Below, in pieces: positions 21,252-30,758 of a DNA stretch of 64,000 nt. The translations under genes and the position numbers were made by a program. A model generated the notes under the pieces. The model had not been told where the DNA came from. It worked only from the letters and a program-made list of their open reading frames with translations, and made no database searches. Origin of the DNA: Candidatus Omnitrophota bacterium (lineage in GTDB: Bacteria > Omnitrophota > Gorgyraeia > Zapsychrales > Zapsychraceae). How positions within the stretch are numbered: position 1 is the first letter of the stretch; every line of letters starts with the position of its first letter. The stretch is taken from the NCBI GenBank assembly GCA_029261065.1, contig JAJDCB010000022.1, forward strand, positions 443 through 64,442. The letters are read 5' to 3'.

Positions 21252-23522
21252 ATGAAAGTAAGACAACAATGTGTGATCGCTTTAATTTTTGTAATGGGCG
21301 TTGGTTTTTCTTTATTCGGGTATCGAATGGCTCTTCAATGGGAAAATAGTCGTAGAGAATTATTTTTTGAGAGCGCTGCCAAGGAGGAAATTAAAGCATT
21401 ACAAGAAGCTATTAAGGATGATTTGGATTATTTAGATTCCATAAAGGGTTTTTACAATGCTTCTACTTTTGTTGATCGGCATGAGTTTCAAATTTTCACA
21501 CAAGATATACTTGCACGGAATCGAACCATTCAGGCTTTAGAATGGATTCCTCGTGTGAGGTTAGAAGAAGTGCCTAAATATGTGAATTTAGCAAAAGCCG
21601 ATGGGTATAATAACTTTCAAATTTTAGAAAAAGATAAAGTTGGGAAAATGAAAGCAGTAGGTGTCAGGAAAGAATACTTTCCTGTTTATTATGTGGAACC
21701 AATGTTGGGCAATGAGAACGCTTTTGGATTTGATTTGGCCAGTAATAAAGCTCGTAAAGATAGTTTGACGATGGCACGCGATACAGGCGAAATGAAAGCA
21801 ACCGCGAGTATAACCTTAGTGCAGGAGGAAAAAAATCAAAAAGGTTTTTTGGTTTTTAATCCGATATATAAGGACAATTCTTGGAATACTACGGTAGAAG
21901 ACCGTCGGGAAATGTTAGTAGGTTTTGTGCTAGGTGTTTATAGCGTTAAAGATCTTGTAGATGGGAGTCTCATCAGGCTTAAAACGACGGATCTAAAATT
22001 TTTTGTATATGAATTGTTTGAGAATAATGAAAAAAATCTTTTATATATTCACGGAGAAAAAAATGAAGGACATTTAAAAGATGAAATAAATGAACGTAAG
22101 GTAGAAGACTCAAGATATTTGAAATACGGTCAAATTATTGATGTTGCCGGAAAAAAATGGGAAGTTGTAGCGCAACCGTTGAATAATACTTTTGGGAAAA
22201 AAACGAGCCAACCTATTCTTGTACTAGTAATTTGTCTTATGATTACTATATTTTTAGTTGGTTTTACATTTTCTAATATGAGAAAAACAGCTGATATTGA
22301 GAAATTGGTCAAGTTGCGAACGCGAGAGTTGATGGAGGCTAAGCAGAGTTTAGAAAAAAATAAAGTTAAGATTGAATCGGCCCTTACTTATGCTGAGAAA
22401 ACTAAGCTTGCATTACAAAATGTTATGGAAGACTTAGAAGCGGAACGTGTAAAATTAGCGTCGAGTGAAGAGAGATTTGCAATAGCCAATTTTTCAGCAA
22501 AAGTTGGTATTTGGGATTGGGATGTTGTTAATAATCATATCATTTGGGATAAGGCTATGTATGGACTTTATGGAATCAAGGAGGGAGATTTTGGAGGCGC
22601 TATTGAAGCTTGGGAAGCTGGTCTTCATCCTGAAGATGCCAAAAGGTGTCAAGTTGAAATTCAAGCAGCACTAAAGGGGGAGAAGAATTTTGATACTGAC
22701 TTTCGAATTGTTTGGCCTGAAGATAAATCCATTCATCACATTCGGGCGCATGCAACAGTTCAGAGAGATGAGAAAGGTGAGGCTATTCGGATGCTTGGGA
22801 CAAACTGGGATATTACTGAGCTTAAGAGTTTGGCACAACGTTTAGCTTCTTCTAATCAAGAGCTTGAACAATTTGCTTATGTGGCATCGCATGATTTGCA
22901 AGAGCCGATACGTAAGATCGTTGGATTTACACAATTGTTTTCAAATTTGTTTGAAGGAGAGATGGATGGGAAGAAAAAAGAATATATGCATTATATTGTA
23001 GATGGTGCGAAACGAATGCAGTTGTTGATTCAAGATTTGTTGCAATACTCAAGAGTTGGAAGCACGCAATTGGATTTTGAGGAATTTGATTTTACCTCGA
23101 TTGTTGAAGAAGCTAAAGCCAATCTTGAATTAATTATTGATGAAACGGATACTAAAATTACGTATAAGCAACTACCAAGTTTAAAAGTTCATAGAGGTTT
23201 TATGGTCAGATTAATTCAAAATTTGATTAACAATTCAATAAAATATAGAAGTGAGGCTCCTCCTGAGATTAATATATTAGCTGAGTTAAAAAATCGTCGC
23301 TGGGAATTTACGATTTCTGATAATGGCATTGGTATTGCTGAAGAATTTTTTGAGCAGGTCTTTGTCGTATTTAAACGGTTACATGGAAAGGGCGAATATT
23401 CAGGTACGGGTATTGGACTGGCTATTTGCAGACGCATTGTTGAAAGGCATGGGGGAAGGATTTGGATTAAAAAATCGATGTCTAGCAAAGGGACAACTTT
23501 TAAATTTTATCTTCCCGAATAG
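21252..23522 (+). CDS. CHASE-PAS histidine kinase
   Basis: CHASE (ALEWIPRV, YVEPMLGNENAFGFDL), PAS (GIWDWD), FAYVASHDLQEP H-box, GTGIGLA. Confidence 0.93.
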   Translation: MKVRQQCVIALIFVMGVGFSLFGYRMALQWENSRRELFFESAAKEEIKALQEAIKDDLDYLDSIKGFYNASTFVDRHEFQIFTQDILARNRTIQALEWIPRVRLEEVPKYVNLAKADGYNNFQILEKDKVGKMKAVGVRKEYFPVYYVEPMLGNENAFGFDLASNKARKDSLTMARDTGEMKATASITLVQEEKNQKGFLVFNPIYKDNSWNTTVEDRREMLVGFVLGVYSVKDLVDGSLIRLKTTDLKFFVYELFENNEKNLLYIHGEKNEGHLKDEINERKVEDSRYLKYGQIIDVAGKKWEVVAQPLNNTFGKKTSQPILVLVICLMITIFLVGFTFSNMRKTADIEKLVKLRTRELMEAKQSLEKNKVKIESALTYAEKTKLALQNVMEDLEAERVKLASSEERFAIANFSAKVGIWDWDVVNNHIIWDKAMYGLYGIKEGDFGGAIEAWEAGLHPEDAKRCQVEIQAALKGEKNFDTDFRIVWPEDKSIHHIRAHATVQRDEKGEAIRMLGTNWDITELKSLAQRLASSNQELEQFAYVASHDLQEPIRKIVGFTQLFSNLFEGEMDGKKKEYMHYIVDGAKRMQLLIQDLLQYSRVGSTQLDFEEFDFTSIVEEAKANLELIIDETDTKITYKQLPSLKVHRGFMVRLIQNLINNSIKYRSEAPPEINILAELKNRRWEFTISDNGIGIAEEFFEQVFVVFKRLHGKGEYSGTGIGLAICRRIVERHGGRIWIKKSMSSKGTTFKFYLPE

Positions 23523-23634
23523 TTGTACGAAAGCATTAAAAATCTTCTCGTTTACATTATTTCTAGAACATGCTTTAATGTTTTTATATAAAAGTTTAAT
23601 CGTCATTATATTTTTGAAATAGAAAGGAGTTTGT

Positions 23635-24300
23635 ATGCGAAAGATTTTGCTGATGGTTTTTGTTGGATTGTTTTTGGCTTTTTCGAGTAATGCCATAGCG
23701 AGTGAGGTTTGTGATGGTATGAAAGATCGTGCTGTTCGTGGTGTGACTAATTTGGTTACAGGTATCGTTGAATGGCCTTTTCAAATAAAGAAAGGTTATA
23801 CCAATGGGGTAAGTTTTATCGAAAATGAAGCGGGTTCCAAAACGGTTGGAACAATTCTTGGGTTTTTTAGAGGAATTGGTCATGCCGGTGGCCGTATGAG
23901 TTCTGGAGCAGTAGAACTTTTTGGATTTTGGGCGGTTAGTCCTGATGATAATGATGGTGTTGGCGTTCCTCTTGATGCAGAATATGCTTGGGAAGAAGGC
24001 GAACAATACAGCATTTTTAAACCAAATCTTACTGAAGGTGTCAAACCATGGTTCCGTAAGTTAGGACGCGGTTTGGGTAATGGTTTTCTTGGTATTTTAG
24101 AAGTTCCAGGCCAAATTAAAAAAGGCGCTGATGATGGTAATGTTGCCAAAGGTGTTGGCAAGGGTGTCTGGTATTGGTTTTCGCGAGAAGTTTATGGAAT
24201 GGGAGATATCATGTCATCCTTTGTTCCCAATCCAGAAGATAATATGGGAGCCGTTCATTTTGAAGAAGAGTGGCCATGGGAGGCTTTAACAGCAGAATAA
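23635..24300 (+). CDS. Exported protein with two tandem TIGR04073-like (exosortase-associated) repeats
   Basis: Signal peptide; RGVTNLVTGIVEWPFQI and KLGRGLGNGFLGILEVPGQI repeats. Confidence 0.6.
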   Translation: MRKILLMVFVGLFLAFSSNAIASEVCDGMKDRAVRGVTNLVTGIVEWPFQIKKGYTNGVSFIENEAGSKTVGTILGFFRGIGHAGGRMSSGAVELFGFWAVSPDDNDGVGVPLDAEYAWEEGEQYSIFKPNLTEGVKPWFRKLGRGLGNGFLGILEVPGQIKKGADDGNVAKGVGKGVWYWFSREVYGMGDIMSSFVPNPEDNMGAVHFEEEWPWEALTAE

Positions 24301-24320
24301 TAAAATTACTTATGATGATT

Positions 24321-24372
24321 TTTAATAAAAAACCCAGTCAACAAAAAGAAGTTGGCTGGGTTTTTTATTAAA
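24321..24372. terminator. Intrinsic terminator
   Basis: AAAAAACCCAGTCAAC...GTTGGCTGGGTTTTTT. Confidence 0.8.
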
Positions 24373-24402
24373 TTAAATGAATTATGTAAGAAAGGTGTGG
24401 CG

Positions 24403-24939
24403 ATGGCAAAATTTTATGATGAGTTAGATGAAAAGTTAACAGCATTTATTAAAGACCAAAAAATATTTTTTACAGCGACAGCGTGTGACTCAGGAAGAAT
24501 TAATTTAAGTCCAAAGGGGATGGATACGTTTTGTATCCTTTCAGAGAGACAAGTTGCCTTCTTAAGCCTTACAGGTAGTGGCAATGAGACAGCCGCACAT
24601 CTTAAAGTTAATGGTAGGATAACGTTAATGTTCTGTGGTTTTGAAAAAAATCCTTTAATATTGCGAATATATGGTAAGGGGCAATGCATTTACACAGATG
24701 ACGCGCAGTGGGGGGCGTATCAACAACATTTTCCAAACTTAGCAGGAGCAAGGCAAATATTTGTAATCGATATCGAATCCATTCAAACCTCTTGTGGTTT
24801 TGCGGTTCCTTTTTATGAGTTTAAAGGGGATCGAGATGCGCTGGTAAGATGGGCGGAACAAAAGGGAGAGGAGGGTGTTCGACAATATTGGCAAGACAAT
24901 AATATCCAAAGCATTGATGGTCTTTCAACAGGGATGTAA
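24403..24939 (+). CDS. Pyridoxamine 5'-phosphate oxidase-like FMN-binding protein
   Basis: NLSPKG, LTGSGNETAAH and SCGFAVP. Start placed at ATG 24403 behind the RBS. Confidence 0.88.
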   Translation: MAKFYDELDEKLTAFIKDQKIFFTATACDSGRINLSPKGMDTFCILSERQVAFLSLTGSGNETAAHLKVNGRITLMFCGFEKNPLILRIYGKGQCIYTDDAQWGAYQQHFPNLAGARQIFVIDIESIQTSCGFAVPFYEFKGDRDALVRWAEQKGEEGVRQYWQDNNIQSIDGLSTGM

Positions 24940-25013
24940 AGATGTGTTATGAAAAAGGATAGTCTTTTTATGCAACATGCGGTCTATGTATAACATTAAG
25001 TTTGTAAAACAAT

Positions 25014-25658
25014 TTAGATGGTCATAGCCGTTATAACAAGATCATTTTCAAATATAAATTTTCCGTTAAAGTGTAAATGTTCTTTCAGGGTATTTTTGGA
25101 TGGGTTGGTGATAGTGGCTTTAAATGCATAGATCGTAGGATCTATGCTAATAAGAACATCTTTAAAGTTTAGCCAGTTTTGAGTTAAAGGAAATTGGCAT
25201 TTATAAAAACATTCTTTAGCGCTGAAAATAAGGGCTAAATATTTTTGCCGTTCTTCATCGGGTAATGTTTGAACCCATTGCCATTCATCATTTTGACAAA
25301 TATGATCATGAATATTGGAATTAACTCTACTTATTTTTTCTGCATCAATTCCTATACTTTGAATGTCATTTTTTAAAGCAATAGTTACGGCACAATAACT
25401 ATTTGTGTGAGTAATGCTGCCGCAGATATTCTCAGGCCAAAGCGGAGCGCGATGTTCTCCCATAAGTAAGGGGAAGTCTTGGATGTCAAATTGAGAAAGT
25501 AATGTTTTAGCTAAGAGGCGGGAAGCGCAAAATTCTCGTTTGCGTTTATCTCCCATTTTATGCGTAAGCGAATGCTCTTGAGGGTGCAGGGAGCCTTCAA
25601 CGTGGGATGGATTAGCACTTGCAATTTTAACGGTTGAGGGTAATATTTTTTCTAACAT
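25014..25658 (-). CDS. 4'-phosphopantetheinyl transferase (EntD/Sfp-like)
   Basis: PLWP...GSITHT, IGIDAE and FSAKECFYK. Confidence 0.92.
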   Translation of the reverse strand: MLEKILPSTVKIASANPSHVEGSLHPQEHSLTHKMGDKRKREFCASRLLAKTLLSQFDIQDFPLLMGEHRAPLWPENICGSITHTNSYCAVTIALKNDIQSIGIDAEKISRVNSNIHDHICQNDEWQWVQTLPDEERQKYLALIFSAKECFYKCQFPLTQNWLNFKDVLISIDPTIYAFKATITNPSKNTLKEHLHFNGKFIFENDLVITAMTI

Positions 25659-25706
25659 AGTAGGATAATTATAACATATGAAGTTTTTTTTAGAATTTTA
25701 TCTCGA

Positions 25707-25880
25707 ATGACATCTGGCAGCGTAATTAGTGGGTGTTGTGTGGTCATTTTATCTTTAACAAATCCTAATAAGAGTATTTTTGACGTTGGTTATCAAGGAG
25801 CGACAGATCGGCTGCACGTAATTCTTATGACTATCTTTACCACCTTAGTTGGACTTCCTCTCAGTAGCTTACAGCCTTAG
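25707..25880 (+). pseudogene. Degenerate remnant resembling an RND permease C-terminal segment
   Basis: 57-codon ORF containing QGATDRLHVILMTIFTTLVGLPL, which resembles the AcrB/CzcA GAxxRLRPILMTxxTTxxGLxP motif (compare the CusA here: AGLLRVRPAMMTTMTTIIALLP). Confidence 0.45.
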
Positions 25881-25958
25881 ATTAAAAGTATAGTGCTTTA
25901 AGTAACAATAATTCTGTAAATAGTTAAGAAAAAAGGGTTTATTATTTGAATTATTTAC

Positions 25959-25988
25959 TTGACATATCAAACATTGATATGTTAAACT
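25959..25988 (+). promoter_or_regulatory. Promoter with overlapping MarR-type inverted repeat
   Basis: TTGACATATCAA-ACA-TTGATATGTTAA covers the TTGACA -35 and the TAAACT -10. Confidence 0.72.
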
Positions 25989-26015
25989 TTGTTTAGGTTA
26001 AACAAAGGAGAAAAA

Positions 26016-26516
26016 ATGGCAGCCATGAAGAACTTTTATTTAGATACCGTTAAAGGAAGGGTGAGTGCCGAGGCCTTTAATGGATTAATTTGTGTCTACT
26101 CACTTTTACAAAGAAAAATGGAAGAGTACTTTAAGCCCTATGCGTTGACACCGGTTAAATTTAATACGCTTATGCTGATACGCCATTTGGGTGCTGATCA
26201 AGGGGTCTCTCAGAATGAAATTTGTCACCATCTTATTGTTAGTCCTTCCAATATCACACGTCTTATTGATCGTATGATTGCTGATGAATATGTAGAGAGG
26301 ACGATATCTGAAAAAGATCGAAGAGTTAAGTTGATAAAGATAACAAAGAAGGGAACTAAAGTTTTAGATACGGTCTTTCATGGGTATGGCGAGATGATTC
26401 AACAATCCGCTTATGTCTTAGAACGATCAGATGTGGAGAAGTTATCTGAATTGTTATTGAAATGGTTTTCAAAGTTAGAGTCTTCTTTTAAAAAAGATGA
26501 GGTCGATGATGAATAA
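26016..26516 (+). CDS. MarR-family regulator
   Basis: SNITRLIDRM and DRRVKLIKIT.KG; AAGGAG RBS before ATG 26016. Confidence 0.92.
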   Translation: MAAMKNFYLDTVKGRVSAEAFNGLICVYSLLQRKMEEYFKPYALTPVKFNTLMLIRHLGADQGVSQNEICHHLIVSPSNITRLIDRMIADEYVERTISEKDRRVKLIKITKKGTKVLDTVFHGYGEMIQQSAYVLERSDVEKLSELLLKWFSKLESSFKKDEVDDE

Positions 26517-26847
26517 GAAAAATTTATTGTTAATTCTTTTTGCTGGCTTATCTTTTGGTATGGTTGCTTTAGTTGTTAATACTTCTTTAAAGAGTAATCT
26601 TTTTGAAGTTCTTCCATATCTAAATTCAGAACCATGGTTTGTGACAACAATTGTTGATTTTTATTTTAATATTGTGATCATCTCTGTTTGGGTTGTCTAT
26701 AAAGAGAAAAGCCATTTTAAGGCTTTGATTTGGATTATTTCATTTATTTTATTAGGAAGTATATCAACGGCATTTTATGTGTTTCTTCAAATAATAACTT
26801 TAAAACAAAATGACACAATGGATCAAGTTGTATTAAGAAAGGTGTAA
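26506..26847 (+). CDS. Small membrane protein (DUF1475-like)
   Basis: Three TMs; PWFVTTIVDFY, WVVYKE and LGSI motifs. Confidence 0.7.
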   Translation: MMNKKNLLLILFAGLSFGMVALVVNTSLKSNLFEVLPYLNSEPWFVTTIVDFYFNIVIISVWVVYKEKSHFKALIWIISFILLGSISTAFYVFLQIITLKQNDTMDQVVLRKV

Positions 26848-26851
26848 GGAT

Positions 26852-27655
26852 ATGAGTCAGGTAATATTACATACTATTGCTTTGGGAACGATAAGCGTGA
26901 TTAGCATGTTTTTTATTATTTGGGTTGTTCATATATTTCTAAAGAATGCTGGTGTTGTTGATGTCGGTTGGGGGTTAGGTTTTATGATTCTTTGTGGAAT
27001 CTATGTCTTGATGGGGGAGGGTTTTAATTTGCGTAATACAATCCTTTTTCTTATGGTTTCTTTATGGGGCTTACGGATTGTATTGTTTTTGTTTAAAAGA
27101 TTAACACTCGAAGGCCATGAAGATCGTCGGTATCAGAAAATTCGTAAAGAGTGGGGTGGTAATGTAACTCTCAAGTTTTTGTTCTTCTTTGAGTTTCAAG
27201 CCGTTCTTGAAATCATCCTAGCTATTCCGTTTTTAATTGTTAGTTTAAATCCTGCCTCGGGGTTATCTGTGCTTGAAATTTTTGGCGTAATCATATTTTC
27301 TGTGGCTCTTATTGGAGAGACGATCGCGGATGAACAATTACAAAGTTTTAAAAATAATTCCGAAAATAAAGGTAAGACGTGTAATGTCGGGTTGTGGAAC
27401 TATTCGCGACATCCGAATTATTTCTTTGAATGGCTTGTATGGATGGGCATTTTTGTCTTTGCTATTGCGAGTCCCTACGGTTGGGTATCATTTGTTAGTC
27501 CACTACTAATGTATTACTTAATGGTTTATGTCAGTGGAGTTCCTTTGGCAGAGGAACAATCCATTCTTTCACGCGGTGATAATTATAGAGAATATCAAAA
27601 GACAACAAGCATGTTTTTTCCTATGCCTAAAAGGAAAATTAAGGAGGTCCTATGA
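26852..27655 (+). CDS. DUF1295 / steroid 5-alpha-reductase-like membrane protein
   Basis: VDVGW, EDRRY, ETIADEQL and GLWNYSRHPNYFFE. Confidence 0.9.
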   Translation: MSQVILHTIALGTISVISMFFIIWVVHIFLKNAGVVDVGWGLGFMILCGIYVLMGEGFNLRNTILFLMVSLWGLRIVLFLFKRLTLEGHEDRRYQKIRKEWGGNVTLKFLFFFEFQAVLEIILAIPFLIVSLNPASGLSVLEIFGVIIFSVALIGETIADEQLQSFKNNSENKGKTCNVGLWNYSRHPNYFFEWLVWMGIFVFAIASPYGWVSFVSPLLMYYLMVYVSGVPLAEEQSILSRGDNYREYQKTTSMFFPMPKRKIKEVL

Positions 27656-28698
27656 GAACAATGGCTCAAGTTACTAATCGGTTATTAGAGAAAGGCGTTA
27701 TTCCTGATCCATTGATTCGTTTTGGTATACGAGGATTACTTAAAGATAAACTAAAAGAAGAAAGAAAGAATAAAAAAAGTTTTGGAGAAAAAAACAAGTT
27801 CGAATTAATTGAATTGTTAAAAACGTCCCCTATTGCTGTCAATACTACGGATGCAAATGAACAACATTATGAGTTGCCCACTGAATTCTTTAAATTTGTG
27901 ATGGGTAAACACATGAAATACAGTTGTGGTTTATGGAAGGAGGGGACAACAAGTTTTGATACCTCTGAGGAGGATATGCTTCAATTAACAGTAGAACGCG
28001 CTCAAATTTTAGATGGGCAACGTGTTCTTGAATTGGGCTGTGGTTGGGGTTCTTTAACATTGTTTATGGCCCAGAAATTTCCAAAGTGTCAAATTCTTGG
28101 CGTATCAAATTCTTCAACACAAAAGCAATACATATTAAGAGAAGCGAAGAAAAGACAATTAACAAATGTTCGTATTATGACAGCTGATATGAATGATTTT
28201 CTAACAGAAGAAAATTTTGATCGCATCGTCTCAGTGGAGATGTTTGAACATATGCGAAATTATAAAAAGTTACTTGGAAAAATCTCAGATTTTCTTAACA
28301 AGGAAGGTAAGTTGTTTATTCATATTTTCACACATAAAGAGTTTGCTTATCTTTATAAAGAAGAGGATGAGAATGATTGGATAGCAAAATATTTCTTTAC
28401 GGGAGGCATTATGCCCTCAGATGATTTGTTATTCCATTTTCAAGATCATCTCAAGGTCGAGGAGCATTGGCATGTAAATGGGAGTCATTATCAAAAAACA
28501 TCAGAAGAATGGCTTAAGAACATGGATCGAAATAAAGATAAGATAATGCCTATTTTAAAAAATACATATGGTGAAGATTATCGTAAATGGTGGGTTTATT
28601 GGAGGGTGTTTTTTATGTCGTGTGCGGAGTTGTGGGGTTATAACAATGGGACTGAATGGATTGTGAGTCATTATCGACTTATAAAGGAGTCACGTTAG
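27652..28698 (+). CDS. Cfa-like SAM-dependent methyltransferase
   Basis: ANEQHYE, MKYS, LELGCGWGSL and VSVEMFEHMRNY. Confidence 0.9.
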   Translation: MRTMAQVTNRLLEKGVIPDPLIRFGIRGLLKDKLKEERKNKKSFGEKNKFELIELLKTSPIAVNTTDANEQHYELPTEFFKFVMGKHMKYSCGLWKEGTTSFDTSEEDMLQLTVERAQILDGQRVLELGCGWGSLTLFMAQKFPKCQILGVSNSSTQKQYILREAKKRQLTNVRIMTADMNDFLTEENFDRIVSVEMFEHMRNYKKLLGKISDFLNKEGKLFIHIFTHKEFAYLYKEEDENDWIAKYFFTGGIMPSDDLLFHFQDHLKVEEHWHVNGSHYQKTSEEWLKNMDRNKDKIMPILKNTYGEDYRKWWVYWRVFFMSCAELWGYNNGTEWIVSHYRLIKESR

Positions 28699-29948
28699 TG
28701 CAAACTATTGCCATTATAGGAACAGGGATATCAGCGATGGGTGCTGCTTACTTTCTTAAGGATAAGTATGATATTTCTTTTTATGAAAAAAATAATTACC
28801 CAGGTGGGCATACCAACACGTTAACTATTGAAGAAGAAGGTGAGCCAATATATATCGATTCCGCGTTTATGGTTTACAACGAACGGACATATCCCAATTT
28901 AACGCGATTATTTAAAGAGCTTGATGTTAAGGCCAAGGATGCCGATATGTCTTTTAGCGTCCAACATAAGGCTAGCAATTTAGAATATTGTGGGACAGGT
29001 TTAAATGGATTGTTTGCTCAACGGAAAAATATTTTTAGCTTAAGTCATTGGAAGCTTATTCTTGAGATGGACCGTTTTAATAAAGAGGCGTTAGAAGTTT
29101 TAGATGACGATCGGTATCTCTCTTATTCGTTACTAAAATATGTCACAGAAAAAAGTTATAGCAAAAATTTTGTAAATAGATTCTTAACACCCATATCTTC
29201 GGCAGTTTGGTCAACGCCTCCTGATTTGATGCTTGAATTTCCTGTTGTTACATTAGTTCGGTTTTTTAAAAATCATGGTTTCTTGGGATTACGTGGTCAT
29301 TATCAATGGAAGACGGTTAGGGAAGGCTCGCAACGTTATCGAGATAAAATTTTGGGAGGTTTTAAGGGTCAAGTATTTTTAAATCGAGCAGCAGTGAGGG
29401 TTTATCGAGAAGATTCCAAGGGGGTTGTTGTCGATCAGCAGGGTGATAAAAAGACGTATGATAAAGTTATTATGGCGTCGCATGCGGATGATACTTTGAA
29501 AGTATTAGATGATGCCAATCCAGAAGAAAAAAAATTGTTATCAAAATTTTCTTATCAAAAAAATAGAGTAACGTTACATTGTGATGAAACAATCATGCCT
29601 CGTATGCGTTTGGCGTGGAGTTCGTGGAATTATCTTATAACAGAAAAAGGTCCTTCAACCATTTATTGGATGAATAATCTTCAAGGTGTGTCTAAACAAA
29701 AAAATTATTTTGTTTCCATTAATGACAATGATTTGGTAGATGAATCAAAAATAATTTGGGACTCAAGTTATGAACACCCATTATTTAACGTTGAGGCGAT
29801 CAAGACACAAAAGCAGTTGCCCAAACTAAATGAAGATGGTCCGATATATTTTTGTGGAGCCTATTTTAAATATGGATTTCATGAAGATGGTCTGACTGCG
29901 GGCTTAAATGTGGCAAGATCAATTACAGGTGAGACGATATGGAATTAA
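28698..29948 (+). CDS. FAD-dependent oxidoreductase (UfaD/RSP1091-like)
   Basis: IAIIGTGISA Rossmann motif, GGHTNT, YPNL, WSSWNY, YEHP and GFHEDG; GTG start after AAGGAG. Confidence 0.88.
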   Translation: MQTIAIIGTGISAMGAAYFLKDKYDISFYEKNNYPGGHTNTLTIEEEGEPIYIDSAFMVYNERTYPNLTRLFKELDVKAKDADMSFSVQHKASNLEYCGTGLNGLFAQRKNIFSLSHWKLILEMDRFNKEALEVLDDDRYLSYSLLKYVTEKSYSKNFVNRFLTPISSAVWSTPPDLMLEFPVVTLVRFFKNHGFLGLRGHYQWKTVREGSQRYRDKILGGFKGQVFLNRAAVRVYREDSKGVVVDQQGDKKTYDKVIMASHADDTLKVLDDANPEEKKLLSKFSYQKNRVTLHCDETIMPRMRLAWSSWNYLITEKGPSTIYWMNNLQGVSKQKNYFVSINDNDLVDESKIIWDSSYEHPLFNVEAIKTQKQLPKLNEDGPIYFCGAYFKYGFHEDGLTAGLNVARSITGETIWN

Positions 29949-30733
29949 CATCTTCTTTATATGAAACAGAAATCATGCATCATCGACTGACACCAAAAGA
30001 ACATAAGTTTTCTTATCGCTTTTTTTCGTTTTACATCAATTTAGATGAAATTGATGAGCTTACAAGTCGTATTACTTTATTAAGTCACAATAAATTTAAC
30101 ATTTATTCTTTCTTTGATAAAGACCATATGGAGGTAGGTGATAAAACAATTAAAGAAAAGATTCTTAATTATTTAGCAGAGCAGGGCATTGATTTAACAA
30201 ATGGACGGATCATGTTGCTGACTTATTTACGTACTTTTGGCTATGTTTTTAATCCAGTTTCCTTTTATTATTGCTTTGATGAAAACGACTCCCCTGTATG
30301 CGTCGTACCAGAGATCGGAAACACATTTGGAGAAATAAAAGCCTTTTTTATTAATCAAAATCATTTAGTGGGAAATAAATTTAAAGATTGTCAAGACAAG
30401 TACTACTATATATCACCATTTACACGACTGAATGATCAATTAGATTTTAAACTAACTATACCAAGTGAATATTTAGATGTTCGTATCAATACATCAAGAG
30501 ATGGTGAAAATATTCTTCTTACATCAATGATGGGGCCTAAAAAGGAATTAAATAATGTGCAATTATTTTGGATGACCTTAAAGTTTCCTTTTGTGACCTT
30601 AAAAGTTATTGTTTTGATTCATTGGCATGCCTTATTGTTGTGGTTTAAGAAAATTGTTTTTAAAAATAAAGAAGAACATATGGATTTACAAAGAGACGTT
30701 CTTAGAAAAAATATTCATCTTAAGCCTCAGTAG
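29939..30733 (+). CDS. DUF1365 family protein (UfaO/RSP1090-like)
   Basis: HHRLTP..H.F.Y, FNPVSFYYC, NTFGE, SPF and IHWHAL.LW.K. Confidence 0.9.
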   Translation: MELTSSLYETEIMHHRLTPKEHKFSYRFFSFYINLDEIDELTSRITLLSHNKFNIYSFFDKDHMEVGDKTIKEKILNYLAEQGIDLTNGRIMLLTYLRTFGYVFNPVSFYYCFDENDSPVCVVPEIGNTFGEIKAFFINQNHLVGNKFKDCQDKYYYISPFTRLNDQLDFKLTIPSEYLDVRINTSRDGENILLTSMMGPKKELNNVQLFWMTLKFPFVTLKVIVLIHWHALLLWFKKIVFKNKEEHMDLQRDVLRKNIHLKPQ

Positions 30734-30758
30734 ATGATTTAAAAAAGGGAAGGTTAAT

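Noticed and set aside
25696-25880. Possible RNase P, 6S or tmRNA (GAGGAAGTCC on the minus strand; CTGGCAGCGTAA resembling a tag end)
   Set aside because: No P4 pairing, no tRNA-like ends, and a stop lies just upstream of the tag-like frame; the RND-remnant reading fits better.
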